Source of the DNA: a virus
Lineage: Duplodnaviria; Caudoviricetes
Strand: one strand, 5' to 3'
IMG/VR virus record: IMGVR_UViG_3300017908_000050
Span: 1-33,889 of that record
Length of the DNA: 33,889 nucleotides
The notes under the pieces are model-generated. The model was not told the origin of the DNA, did not search any database, and was given only the letters and a program-made list of their open reading frames with translations. Numbering within the stretch: position 1 is the first letter of the stretch; every line of letters starts with the position of its first letter. A program made the translations under genes and the position numbers. This document shows positions 16,882 through 26,836 of the stretch, piece after piece.

Positions 16882-18192
16882 ATGCAAAAACTAAACAGAT
16901 CTTCAACTAGACAGTCGGTCCTAAACGCTAGTCAGATGGGTATTGAATTTGAATTCTACTCAAATCTAGAACTAGATGAGACTCAGAAGTCTTTAAGTGA
17001 GTTACTTAATAGGAAGATTAAATTAGAGGAAAAAGCACACTCTGATTTTCAACCTAGCGCAGAAGTCTTTAAGATGGAGCCAGATATGTCTGGTGGTAAA
17101 GGTCTTATTGAGTTAGTTACTGGTGCGATGCCGTACCGTAGTGCTAGAATTGTAATTCAAAAGATGTTGAGATGGATAGAGAAGAATGGTTATACAAATG
17201 ACCGTGCTTCAATTCATCTTAATATGTCTTTTAATCCAGACTATCTTGCTGATAAAGGTATGATTTCTAAAATGAACATTCTAAAGTTCATTCTGGAGTT
17301 TGATGAAAAGAGAGTCTATAAGTATTTTCCAAATAGAGAGCATTCAACTTATGCTAAATCTATTAAATGGATTATGCCAAAACATGAAGCTTTCTATTAC
17401 AATGAAAATCTAATTAGTTCAGATAACTTTACTTATGCTAATACTAAATACTATGGTATTAACTTTGAGAAGGCACAAAAGAATTATTTAGAATTTAGAT
17501 ATTTAGGTGGTGAAAATTACGAGAAAAGAACAGACGATATTCTACATTTAGCAGATGGTTTTATCATGTCTGTTTTTAAATCTTGCTTCAGTCCTAGCTT
17601 TACACCAGAGAATAAAATAGAGCTTAAGAGGATATTAGAGAAGAATAGGCCTCTTATGGAGATGTTAAAAGACCATAAAGCAGTAAATAAATACTGGAGA
17701 GAGATAAATATATTAGTAGACTTAACAGACGATGAGCAAGTTGTCGCTGTACAATGGAATAGATTCAAACAAAAAGTGTTAGAACTATTGTCGAACGGAT
17801 CGATGGAAAAGGGCATAATTAATTATGATTCTGACTACGGTTCAGTGCAGGTGAAAGATGGAGTTTTTAAAACAGCATATTTGCTAAACGGCTTTGAGTT
17901 TATAGATTGCGAGCTATCCGGTAACATTGAAAATAGTTCAATTTACGGTGGTAAAGTTGATGGAGCACAAGTTTTGCGTTCACAATTTTATCAAGGCACT
18001 GAGATAAAAGATTCTAAAGTAGAGTCATCTTATGTCCACGGAAGCTGCACGTTGACTAACTGTTATGTCTTTGGAAAAGATACAATTTTCAAAGGTAGAA
18101 TGGTTGGGGGTATTTTCAGAGAAGGTGGTATTGGACCACATGCGAGATTTGATGATACCGAAATAGTGGTAAGCACAAAAATAAATACATAA
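16882..18192 (+). CDS. Putative amidoligase (COOH-NH2 ligase, Amidoligase_2-like) with C-terminal beta-helix-like repeats
   Basis: Ordered motifs GIEFEF, EPDMS, IELVT, ASIHLN, KYYGIN and LEFR; C-terminal pentapeptide-like periodicity (IENSS IYGGK VDGAQ VLRSQ...IKDSK VESSY). Confidence 0.75.
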   Translation: MQKLNRSSTRQSVLNASQMGIEFEFYSNLELDETQKSLSELLNRKIKLEEKAHSDFQPSAEVFKMEPDMSGGKGLIELVTGAMPYRSARIVIQKMLRWIEKNGYTNDRASIHLNMSFNPDYLADKGMISKMNILKFILEFDEKRVYKYFPNREHSTYAKSIKWIMPKHEAFYYNENLISSDNFTYANTKYYGINFEKAQKNYLEFRYLGGENYEKRTDDILHLADGFIMSVFKSCFSPSFTPENKIELKRILEKNRPLMEMLKDHKAVNKYWREINILVDLTDDEQVVAVQWNRFKQKVLELLSNGSMEKGIINYDSDYGSVQVKDGVFKTAYLLNGFEFIDCELSGNIENSSIYGGKVDGAQVLRSQFYQGTEIKDSKVESSYVHGSCTLTNCYVFGKDTIFKGRMVGGIFREGGIGPHARFDDTEIVVSTKINT

Positions 18193-18194
18193 CA

Positions 18195-19037
18195 ATGAGT
18201 GAAATAAGACAAGGTAATCTAAACGATTTAAGTACCGAGAGAGATTTTGGGGCAAGCTGTCTCAATGCATTTTTGACCGAGTTAGGAGATGACTTAACTG
18301 GTGCTTGTATGGTTCCGGTTAACCTTCCTCAAAGAGAAATTATGAACATAGTTAAGAGAGCTAAGAAATGGTTCTATAAAAACTATGAAGATGCTGTAAG
18401 AGAAAACTATTTTGTTGTTCCTACTTCAGTATTTGATTCAGATTATTTTAAAAATCACAGATCTTTAAACCTACCTAACGCGAGTGCTGATGGTTCAGGT
18501 TCTGTATTCTCAGTATTTGGTGTATATGATACTGGTTCTGGTTTTCAATCAGCCGGTAGTGGATTAGATGTTAGATTTCAAAGTGGAGGTGATTTCGCTT
18601 TAGAGAAGATGTTATTTAGAGGTATGTATGAAGGAGCTGGATCTGCTGAAGCTGCAGAAGAACTACAATACTATGTGCTTAATCAATCACTAGCAGATAT
18701 GTCTAGAATGATTCTTGAGAACCCAATCTCATATAACTACTCTAGATTGACTGGTGAACTAAAGATATTAGGTGATAAACCAAAAGATGACGTGGTACTA
18801 CACGTTTACGAAACTTTACCGGACTGTGCTCTATATGAAGATGAAATTTTCTTTAGATACTGTTCTGCTAAGATCAAGCAGTCCTTAGGTGCCAAATTAG
18901 GTATCTTTAAATTCGCATTACCTGGTAATGTAGAATTTGACTATGACGCGATAAAAGACATGGGCGACACCGAATTAGAGTCGATTATCGAAGAAATTAA
19001 AGGCGATGAAGGCGTGGATTATATGTTCCACTCATAA
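18195..19037 (+). CDS. Neck / head-tail adaptor protein (T4 gp13-like)
   Basis: VNLPQREI...AKKWFY at the N-terminus and RYCSAKIKQSLG...LPGNVEFDYDAI...ELESIIEEI at the C-terminus match the gp13 pattern. Confidence 0.75.
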   Translation: MSEIRQGNLNDLSTERDFGASCLNAFLTELGDDLTGACMVPVNLPQREIMNIVKRAKKWFYKNYEDAVRENYFVVPTSVFDSDYFKNHRSLNLPNASADGSGSVFSVFGVYDTGSGFQSAGSGLDVRFQSGGDFALEKMLFRGMYEGAGSAEAAEELQYYVLNQSLADMSRMILENPISYNYSRLTGELKILGDKPKDDVVLHVYETLPDCALYEDEIFFRYCSAKIKQSLGAKLGIFKFALPGNVEFDYDAIKDMGDTELESIIEEIKGDEGVDYMFHS

Positions 19038-19057
19038 TAAGCTGAATACATATATAA

Positions 19058-19414
19058 ATGGACTTTTACATTAAACATATAGGTGACCCGAATTATCAGA
19101 CTAATATAGTACAAAATAACGGTGAGATTGAGCAGTTATTAACTCAAATTGAAACCACTTTATTTACTAGAAAAAGAGATGTTTTAGGTGAACCTAATTT
19201 TGGATGTAATTTAGAAGATTTGGTATACAGTTTAAATCAAAGTGAATTCCAGATTAGAAACGAGATTGAGAGCCAATTAATGAATTATGTACCATTAGCT
19301 AGTAAGTATTCTACTTCGGTTGATGTTAAATTCTTTAAGGGTGAAGTAAGAGATGTTTGTTATGTGGATATTACAGTAAATAATGAGTATATAATCTCAG
19401 TAAATCTAAGATAA
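19058..19414 (+). CDS. Baseplate wedge subunit, gp25-like
   Basis: 118 aa; IETTLFTRKRDVLGEPNFGCNLEDLVY...YVP. Confidence 0.85.
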   Translation: MDFYIKHIGDPNYQTNIVQNNGEIEQLLTQIETTLFTRKRDVLGEPNFGCNLEDLVYSLNQSEFQIRNEIESQLMNYVPLASKYSTSVDVKFFKGEVRDVCYVDITVNNEYIISVNLR

Positions 19415-19421
19415 ATAAATA

Positions 19422-21251
19422 ATGGCAGAATTAAAATTTTTAAGTACACTAAGAACAAATGCCGACCAGATCAAGGCGGATGCTCGTACATATATCTCGA
19501 GGGTATACAAGCGAGCTAATACTTTGTTTACAGAGGCATCTCCATTTGCACAGATTGTAAATGTGATGGCAGAGCTTGGTGAGTTAATTATGTTCTATGT
19601 AGAAGATGCTCTCGTAGAACAAAACATTTATACTGCTCAGCAACCCGAATCAATATATGGTTTATCAAGATTAACTGGCCATGATGCTACTAGAGGTTTT
19701 GCTGCAACAGGTGAAATAGAATTCAGATGGAAAGTCGGTGCAGATCTTGGTAAGATTGCAGGTACTGGTTTAAACATAGATGCTAGAGCAATTCTACAGT
19801 GTGAACAAAATGGATTAAAATATACTCTATTAACTTCAAACGACAAATATAGATTAGAGAAGTCTAATAAATTTAAAGTTAAGACTGCAATAGTTCAAGG
19901 TGAATTTGAACAACAGACTTTTACAGGTACTGGTGAAAAGATGCAGGCATACAATATAAAAGTAAGTAAATTAACTGACCACTCAATGGTTAGTGTTTCT
20001 GTTAATGGAGAGAAGTGGACTAAACATGAGTCCATGTATGACTTATTAAATGAAGAGAAAGGGTTTATTCTTAAGACTGGTGTTTCAGGTGGACTAGATG
20101 TTTACTTTGGTACTGGTAACTTTGGTGCTATTCCAGCAGCAGGAGCTGATATTCAAGTTGAATATGTGAAACATTCAGGTTCTTTAGGTAATTTAGCAGA
20201 CGGACAAGACTTAGTATTCCAATGGCAATCACAAGGTACAGACTCTAATGGTGCTGAATTTGACTTAAATGAGTATTTAGAATTAACTATTACTTCATCT
20301 CCTAAAATGGGAGCAGACAAAGAGAACCCTGAGTTTACAAAATTAATGGCGCCACTAACGTCCAAATCATTTGTTCTGGCGACACCAGACAACTACGAGT
20401 ATTTCCTATCAAGATATGGATTATTCTCGTATGTGGATGCCTACAATACTACATCGGATGAGTATTTAGATGATGACAATGTTATCTATATCTTTGCTGT
20501 ACCAGATGTAAAAAGAAAGTTATTAGCAAGTCAAGATTACTTCTCGATTCCTCAGAACGAGATGTTCTTTGACCAAAACGAATATGACAAGATGTCACAA
20601 GTAATTCAAGATAGTGGCCAACAAATGGTTACCACTGAAGTTGTGTTTGTCAAGCCTCAAATTAGAAAATACAGTATGGATATTAACATCAGATATTTTG
20701 AAGGCTACACAAAACAAGAGATTTTCTCAGAGGTAAGAGCTAGAGTTAGCGACTATTTATTAAATGTAACAAGAAGAGACAAATTGCCTAAGTCTGATAT
20801 TGTATACATTTTAGAAGAAATTGATGGCATTGACGCAGTGAATGTGAGATTCATCTCAGAAACAGAAGAGACCGCTAGAAGATTAGGTTACTACGAGTCT
20901 AAAACTGTTTCGGTTGTACCACAAGAACCTGTACTACTAGAAGATATTGGTAACGGCAAACAAAAATATATTTTCTTTAAGCAAGTGGAAGAAGTTAAGA
21001 CCGTGGACGTCGATGAGACGACAGCTATTCCATATACAGTTGCAGGCTTAGATCAATGGGGTGACATTATCATGGAGAAAGAAGAAGTCGCTGTCTTTAG
21101 AGGCGGATGGCAAGATCGAGATGGTGATGATATTCTAGATGATGCTAAGATAAATGCTGAAGCTGCGCTTAGTGTGAATTTTGATGAAACGCCGGTACCT
21201 AGAACAATATACACTAGAGTACAGGCTGGAAATAGAAAAGCCTTGAAATAA
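19422..21251 (+). CDS. Baseplate wedge subunit, gp6 / baseplate-J-like
   Basis: 609 aa following gp25; NIYTAQQPESIYGLSRLTG, IVQG, VYFGTGNFGAIP, G..GN, GADKE, LATPDNYEYF. Confidence 0.85.
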   Translation: MAELKFLSTLRTNADQIKADARTYISRVYKRANTLFTEASPFAQIVNVMAELGELIMFYVEDALVEQNIYTAQQPESIYGLSRLTGHDATRGFAATGEIEFRWKVGADLGKIAGTGLNIDARAILQCEQNGLKYTLLTSNDKYRLEKSNKFKVKTAIVQGEFEQQTFTGTGEKMQAYNIKVSKLTDHSMVSVSVNGEKWTKHESMYDLLNEEKGFILKTGVSGGLDVYFGTGNFGAIPAAGADIQVEYVKHSGSLGNLADGQDLVFQWQSQGTDSNGAEFDLNEYLELTITSSPKMGADKENPEFTKLMAPLTSKSFVLATPDNYEYFLSRYGLFSYVDAYNTTSDEYLDDDNVIYIFAVPDVKRKLLASQDYFSIPQNEMFFDQNEYDKMSQVIQDSGQQMVTTEVVFVKPQIRKYSMDINIRYFEGYTKQEIFSEVRARVSDYLLNVTRRDKLPKSDIVYILEEIDGIDAVNVRFISETEETARRLGYYESKTVSVVPQEPVLLEDIGNGKQKYIFFKQVEEVKTVDVDETTAIPYTVAGLDQWGDIIMEKEEVAVFRGGWQDRDGDDILDDAKINAEAALSVNFDETPVPRTIYTRVQAGNRKALK

Positions 21252-21526
21252 TGTTATTTAGAGATCTATTAGTTTACAAGCGTAAAAGGCTATATAAAGT
21301 AGCTAAGCACAGAAGAGATGACCTTAAGAATACCAAGTATGACTATAAGTCTGGTCAAAGAGGTTTAATCGGTAAGCAAGTTTCACAGCATATTCAAAGA
21401 AATCAAACGATGAGAGAATTCCTCTTATTCGTAAATGACTATATTGTAAAACTTTTAGATCAAGTAAGATACCTAAAGAACTTTACTAACTTTACAGTAC
21501 AAAAAGACGACGATACGAGTAGATAA
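21251..21526 (+). CDS. Small basic hypothetical baseplate-region protein
   Basis: 91 aa, TAATG-coupled to the gp6-like gene and ending 2 nt before the next gene. Confidence 0.65.
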   Translation: MLFRDLLVYKRKRLYKVAKHRRDDLKNTKYDYKSGQRGLIGKQVSQHIQRNQTMREFLLFVNDYIVKLLDQVRYLKNFTNFTVQKDDDTSR

Positions 21527-21528
21527 TT

Positions 21529-24306
21529 ATGTGGAATAACTTAAGATTTTTTAATGGTACCTCTCACGAGATACAACTCACTCAGGTGGATGGCATTTGG
21601 GAAGGTAAAGTCTTTTTACCTGAAGTGTCTACTGGCTTGTATGAGACTGTAAATCTTTTTGTTCTAGAAGAGTGTCTACATAATGGTGCAACAGTAATTA
21701 ATAAACCCCTATCTCCAGATAACGTCATTACTAAATTTACATTCGAGTGGGAAGCTCTACAGTTAGACCAGTCTAAAGATGTAATCATGTATCAGATGAG
21801 AATGGATGGTGGTAAGGCCTATGTGAAAGAGTTAACTACTCAACAACAAGACTTAGCTGCATGGAGTAACATTATCTCACAGGATGCAAATTACTTTAAG
21901 ACTATTAGTACACATGAGAATGTTGCTCTACAAGTTAACATTGCGGTATCTTCTGATATAGAAGGTATTCATAAGAGAATTCTATTAGTTAAAGCCGGCG
22001 CAGATATAGTAGCAAGAATTGAATTCTACGGTGAAGTTGAAGCAGAAGACGAGAGACTAAAAGTTCTACTCGCTAACTTAGGTAACTCACTAGAGGAAGA
22101 AGACTTTATGATATTCAAGTCGCATGACATTTCAGAGATGCACCCTGACTATCAGCTCTTAAACCAAAAGAGAAGAGAGCTCTTATTAGAGATGAATAAC
22201 ATTAAGCCTTTCGTTGGTACATATAAGGCTATCCTAAATGCTATTGATTTCTTCGGCTATGATAAAATTACACTTAAAGAGTATTGGATTAATGTAGATA
22301 AAGACTCGAAGACTTTCGGTAAACTACATGCTATTCCAGTACCTAACTCATCTGTTAGAGGTGAGATGACTAGAAAGAAACTAAAATTCAAGTTACCTTC
22401 TAAAACTCAAAAGAAAACTAGTAGGTTCTCATTAGTATATAGACTCAATGAGCCTAATGGTAAATTCGATGCATTTGATTTTGCTCAAGTTGATGAGGTG
22501 TTCGATTACACTCCAGAAGAAGTCCTAATCAAATTATACGGTTTAAAGAATAGACTACAACGAGATTTTTTACCCCTCGAAGCTAAAATCGTAGACATCA
22601 CAGGGGAAGGCGACTATTTCACTAACAAGAACTTAAATATCTGGAAGATTCAAAACCCAATTAGTTTCTTCACGGAAGGACATAGAGTAAAGTTCAATGT
22701 ATTTCCTAACGATAGAGATCTTTTTATTGAAGATACTTCAATGGTTTTAAAATCAGTGTTAGACCAAAATGACCTGACCAATAACTATGTTACATTCTTA
22801 AACGCAGGTATTGGTAATGAGGGTGATTATACTGAAGCACAAAGAACAGAATTAAAAACTATCTACGAGAAGTTCTATGAGACTTACCATGATAGAACAA
22901 TGGAATCTTTCAATGCAAACTTCGGCGCTAGAAACATTCCAATTGGTTGTCCAGTAATTTTAGACTCAATGGAGTCTTGGGATGATGTTTGGGACGAAGC
23001 CTATTTTGTATGGGATGATGCTGTTGATGCAAATGCAAATCTAAAAGTAACTTGGGAAAACTGGTGGAAGAGATGGGTATATGAAGTTGAGTGGATTATC
23101 GATGGTCCAGAAGGTTTCCATAAAGAATATAGAGGTGCAATTGATGACTATAAGAGATTACCACTAACTCTACCTTATGTTGGTAGTTATACAGTGGAAT
23201 TAAGATATTATGACCTATTCGGTCACATGTCTTACTATAAAGAAGCAGATATGTTCGAGGTTAAGCTAAAAGAACTAGAACTATATGGTATTTACAAATC
23301 TTTAGAAAGAGAGCCAAGAGGTAATGTAGCAACATGGGACTCTAAATTCTTAGACTGGGATAAATCTGGTGGTTACTATGATTTCCCACAAGATAATAAA
23401 CAGAAAGTAGAAGATACAATTGCAACATTCTACTTAAGTTTAGATAGAGCTAATTATCCAAAAGATGCAACAGACCAAGGTGTAAGATTCTCAACAGTAA
23501 GAAGATTTTTAGACATATATTCAGATACAGGTTATTCTGAAACTACTGGTCCATACCAGTGGAATGAATGTTCTTTTAGATGGAAAGACACTGAATATAA
23601 CTGGTGGGATAATATGAGAGTAGGTCCAGATTTAACTGCATCATTTAAAATAGACTGGATTGAACAAGGAGATACATTAGAAATTACACATAGAGACCCG
23701 ATAACTAATGTTGTTAGTACTGGTCAACATACGATTACTTCTGCAACTCCAACCTCTTCTAATCAGGTATCAGCGTGGGAAGCGATTGCTGCAGAATTAG
23801 AAGCAAGTACAGATCCTATTATCTCTAAGTTTAACTACAATCCTATCTTTATTGATGGTGATAATGATAATGATGTTGAAGATGCAGGAGGGAATGATAT
23901 ATTCCAATTTATTCTATGTGTAGGTCAAGAGTATTCAAAACACTATGACTTTGAAACTGTAGAAATTAAAACTACACCAGGCTCAATTTCTGCTGTAAGT
24001 GGTGAAGTTCATGTAATACATTACAATCCAACTTGGGATAATGTAAAGGTATTTAAGAACTATGCTGCGGTAGAAAGATCGACACATTTAACCATATCCA
24101 CAGATATTTCTAAATTTCCGGGCGCGAGAAATCCAAAATGGACTATCACGAATATAACTAACCCAGAAATCAATGATATATACTATAATAATATGTGGCT
24201 CACGTACATTTTCCAGGAACCGGGTGACTACTCGATTCAACTGGAAGCGGAAGACACGTATGGAAATAAGAACGTTGTAAAACGCAACATGTTAAAAGTA
24301 AAATAA
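21529..24306 (+). CDS. Large baseplate wedge protein (gp7/gpI-like) with PKD-like domains and Trp repeats
   Basis: VGTYKAILNAIDFFGY resembles the KGT motif of gpI/gp7-type proteins; PKD-like VGSYTVEL and FQEPGDYSIQLEAED; position after gp6. Confidence 0.6.
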   Translation: MWNNLRFFNGTSHEIQLTQVDGIWEGKVFLPEVSTGLYETVNLFVLEECLHNGATVINKPLSPDNVITKFTFEWEALQLDQSKDVIMYQMRMDGGKAYVKELTTQQQDLAAWSNIISQDANYFKTISTHENVALQVNIAVSSDIEGIHKRILLVKAGADIVARIEFYGEVEAEDERLKVLLANLGNSLEEEDFMIFKSHDISEMHPDYQLLNQKRRELLLEMNNIKPFVGTYKAILNAIDFFGYDKITLKEYWINVDKDSKTFGKLHAIPVPNSSVRGEMTRKKLKFKLPSKTQKKTSRFSLVYRLNEPNGKFDAFDFAQVDEVFDYTPEEVLIKLYGLKNRLQRDFLPLEAKIVDITGEGDYFTNKNLNIWKIQNPISFFTEGHRVKFNVFPNDRDLFIEDTSMVLKSVLDQNDLTNNYVTFLNAGIGNEGDYTEAQRTELKTIYEKFYETYHDRTMESFNANFGARNIPIGCPVILDSMESWDDVWDEAYFVWDDAVDANANLKVTWENWWKRWVYEVEWIIDGPEGFHKEYRGAIDDYKRLPLTLPYVGSYTVELRYYDLFGHMSYYKEADMFEVKLKELELYGIYKSLEREPRGNVATWDSKFLDWDKSGGYYDFPQDNKQKVEDTIATFYLSLDRANYPKDATDQGVRFSTVRRFLDIYSDTGYSETTGPYQWNECSFRWKDTEYNWWDNMRVGPDLTASFKIDWIEQGDTLEITHRDPITNVVSTGQHTITSATPTSSNQVSAWEAIAAELEASTDPIISKFNYNPIFIDGDNDNDVEDAGGNDIFQFILCVGQEYSKHYDFETVEIKTTPGSISAVSGEVHVIHYNPTWDNVKVFKNYAAVERSTHLTISTDISKFPGARNPKWTITNITNPEINDIYYNNMWLTYIFQEPGDYSIQLEAEDTYGNKNVVKRNMLKVK

Positions 24307-24313
24307 ACGAAAA

Positions 24314-24871
24314 ATGGCAAACATTACTGAAATTTTAGGTACAGACTCGGTATCATCTTCTAGACCAGTTATCAATAGTAACTTTGAGTTGTTAAACGAC
24401 GAGTTAGCTTCTGTAACTGCATTGCTAAACCCTACTACTGCGGTATTAAGTGGTTTAACTAATGCTACTTCACAGGCTATCAATGTTGTTGACGGTACAA
24501 CTTTACTATCGGTTAGTTCTTCAGGTGCTTCGATTGGTACTGCTGCTAACTTTACATCATCTGTAAGCTTTGGTGGTAAAATCATCAAATCAGGTGTAAT
24601 AGGTACGGCTGCAGCTCCAGCAACAGGAGTTCAATTAACTCCTACATCAATTGATAAAGGTACGTACTTTATCGATGGCGCTTTCACTCTGCCAAACGCA
24701 AGTGACGGACAAGAAGTAACTTTAATAAATAGATCTGCTGGCGCAGCTGCTGTAACAGGTACGCTTGGTGCAACTTCTATTTCATTAGACGGACTAAACT
24801 CAACTGTAACATTAAGATGTTTTGAGAACACATGGTATGTAATTAGCGCTTATGCTACTACAATATCATAA
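24314..24871 (+). CDS. Probable short fibre/baseplate structural protein
   Basis: 185 aa, Ser/Thr/Ala/Gly-rich; N-terminal DSVSSSRPVINSNF and C-terminal LPNASDGQEVTLIN...TWYV resemble phage fibre modules. Confidence 0.55.
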   Translation: MANITEILGTDSVSSSRPVINSNFELLNDELASVTALLNPTTAVLSGLTNATSQAINVVDGTTLLSVSSSGASIGTAANFTSSVSFGGKIIKSGVIGTAAAPATGVQLTPTSIDKGTYFIDGAFTLPNASDGQEVTLINRSAGAAAVTGTLGATSISLDGLNSTVTLRCFENTWYVISAYATTIS

Positions 24872-24897
24872 TAATTAAATTAAACCGAAAACTGTAG

Positions 24898-26835
24898 ATG
24901 GCAACTCCATTAGTAAGAATACCACAACCGCAAGGTGGCACGATGTACGCTTTCGCTTCAGCGGCGAGAGATATTACTAGAGCGTTTAACAGTGCTGACA
25001 TCAATTTTGAGTTTAGTAAATATGCTTTACTAGACTTACCTGATTTCACACAGTCCGTAAACAACTCTAATACTATCGACTTTGAGCTGAACTTAAAGCA
25101 GCCTTCAGGGCAGGCGTATGTTGCAGGTCAACCTAATGTGGACTTCGCACAAACATTTCAAAATTATGCTCTGAATTTAGAAGAGATTCTTCTGAAGGAT
25201 GATGACTATGACCCAATCTTATTGGCATCCGATGCTGAGAAGATTTTCTTTAAGTGGTTATCAGCTCTAGGAGCAATTGATTTTAGACCGACTGATTCTA
25301 ATGAGAGTTCAACAGGAGCTTACGCTGAGAATGATAACGCAATCTTAGGTGGCTCGAACTACGATAAAGTAGTTAAGTATTTAGGTAGTATTGACGCTGA
25401 GAACGACGTAGCGTACCAAGGCAATACTTACCATGAAGTCTATATTAACGTGCCAACATCGGTAGGTTTCACACCTCTCGTGTTGTTTAAGCCAACAGAC
25501 TATAACACATCTGCAACTAAAGCCTATCCAACGGATGTAAATGCACAAAATGTAGAGGGTAGAGAAGGTCAAACACATCCAGACCCAAATATCAATTTGT
25601 TACCTGTAGTAGATAATTATACAGTGGGCTCAGGTCCTTTCTATGATATTTCTACTAACTCGACTAACTCAGTACAAATTGATTTTGACACGGCTTCCTA
25701 TGAGCCAATTCAAAATAATCCAGATGTTCAGACATTATTGGATTATGCAAAAACTGGACAACAGTTCAGATTTAACGCCGTTTTAGTTTATTACGATTTA
25801 TATAGCTCTTCTGTACCAGCAAACAGAGCAACCAACCTATATGGTATCTTAATCCTAGATGATATTGCAGATGCCTTCGGTCCAGGTACTAAGATTCATG
25901 AACAAATTAAATTTAAGCCTAACGAAGTAACTGGTTTAAATGGTAATGCGTTCTCTTTAAAATTAAATCTTAAATTCAATTCATCTCTAGATAATGTAGG
26001 CGTTGAGACAAGTATTAATGATTTCACTACTTTCTCAATGGACTTATTCATGGACACAACTACTGCATTAGAGAATGCCACGGACTTATTAAAGCAAGCT
26101 AATAATAGATACTCATCAGTTGTAGATAGATTAGATGCTGTCGAGAACCTAGTTTTAGGTACTGCGAAAGCAGCAGCTCTAGAGAATAGAATTAAAGAAT
26201 TAGAAGATGACTTTACTTCTTCATCACTACAACTACAAGATTCTAACGCATTGTTAAACTTAATTAATAATGCCCATAACAGAATTAATCAGCTGGTAGA
26301 TGGTACAATTCCAGTTGAATTACAATATAATACAGATGTAATCTTTGCAGGTAGAGGTACAACTGTAGACAAATCAGTAGCTGACAAAATTAAAATCAAC
26401 AACGAGGTTGATGGTTATGCTGTATCTGATGTTTACAGATGGGATATTGCATCTAAAATTGTTTCTGGCGAAATAACTAGCGCAGCACCTTTTGATAATA
26501 CACAATCAAATCAATATGGTGTATGGGCTAAGTTACAAGATTATACAAATAGATTTAGCCTAAAGAATCTGTTATCTGCAGATCCACTCAATAGCGCTTT
26601 AAATATATACATTGATGATTCTACCAGAGGCTGGAAGATTGGTCAAGTATTTAAAATCGCAATTGATACTATTGATGTGGATGGTAACAACATCAAAGTT
26701 TGGACAAACCAAGCTGGAGGATGGCAAGTGATTGCAGATATAGATCCATCTCAACTATTAACTAATAAACCTTACATTGAACTGGTTTGTATCGATCCAG
26801 TCAACTATGTATTTGAAGTAGATATTTTAAGATAA
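24898..26835 (+). CDS. Hypothetical virion structural protein
   Basis: 645 aa, acidic, with an internal coiled coil (LENRIKELED); lies in the tail module. Confidence 0.6.
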   Translation: MATPLVRIPQPQGGTMYAFASAARDITRAFNSADINFEFSKYALLDLPDFTQSVNNSNTIDFELNLKQPSGQAYVAGQPNVDFAQTFQNYALNLEEILLKDDDYDPILLASDAEKIFFKWLSALGAIDFRPTDSNESSTGAYAENDNAILGGSNYDKVVKYLGSIDAENDVAYQGNTYHEVYINVPTSVGFTPLVLFKPTDYNTSATKAYPTDVNAQNVEGREGQTHPDPNINLLPVVDNYTVGSGPFYDISTNSTNSVQIDFDTASYEPIQNNPDVQTLLDYAKTGQQFRFNAVLVYYDLYSSSVPANRATNLYGILILDDIADAFGPGTKIHEQIKFKPNEVTGLNGNAFSLKLNLKFNSSLDNVGVETSINDFTTFSMDLFMDTTTALENATDLLKQANNRYSSVVDRLDAVENLVLGTAKAAALENRIKELEDDFTSSSLQLQDSNALLNLINNAHNRINQLVDGTIPVELQYNTDVIFAGRGTTVDKSVADKIKINNEVDGYAVSDVYRWDIASKIVSGEITSAAPFDNTQSNQYGVWAKLQDYTNRFSLKNLLSADPLNSALNIYIDDSTRGWKIGQVFKIAIDTIDVDGNNIKVWTNQAGGWQVIADIDPSQLLTNKPYIELVCIDPVNYVFEVDILR

Positions 26836-26836
26836 T

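Noticed and set aside
6433-24306. Bacterial eCIS/T6SS or tailocin locus
   Set aside because: A gp13-like neck gene, phage-type metabolic genes and the absence of host housekeeping context favour a phage genome.
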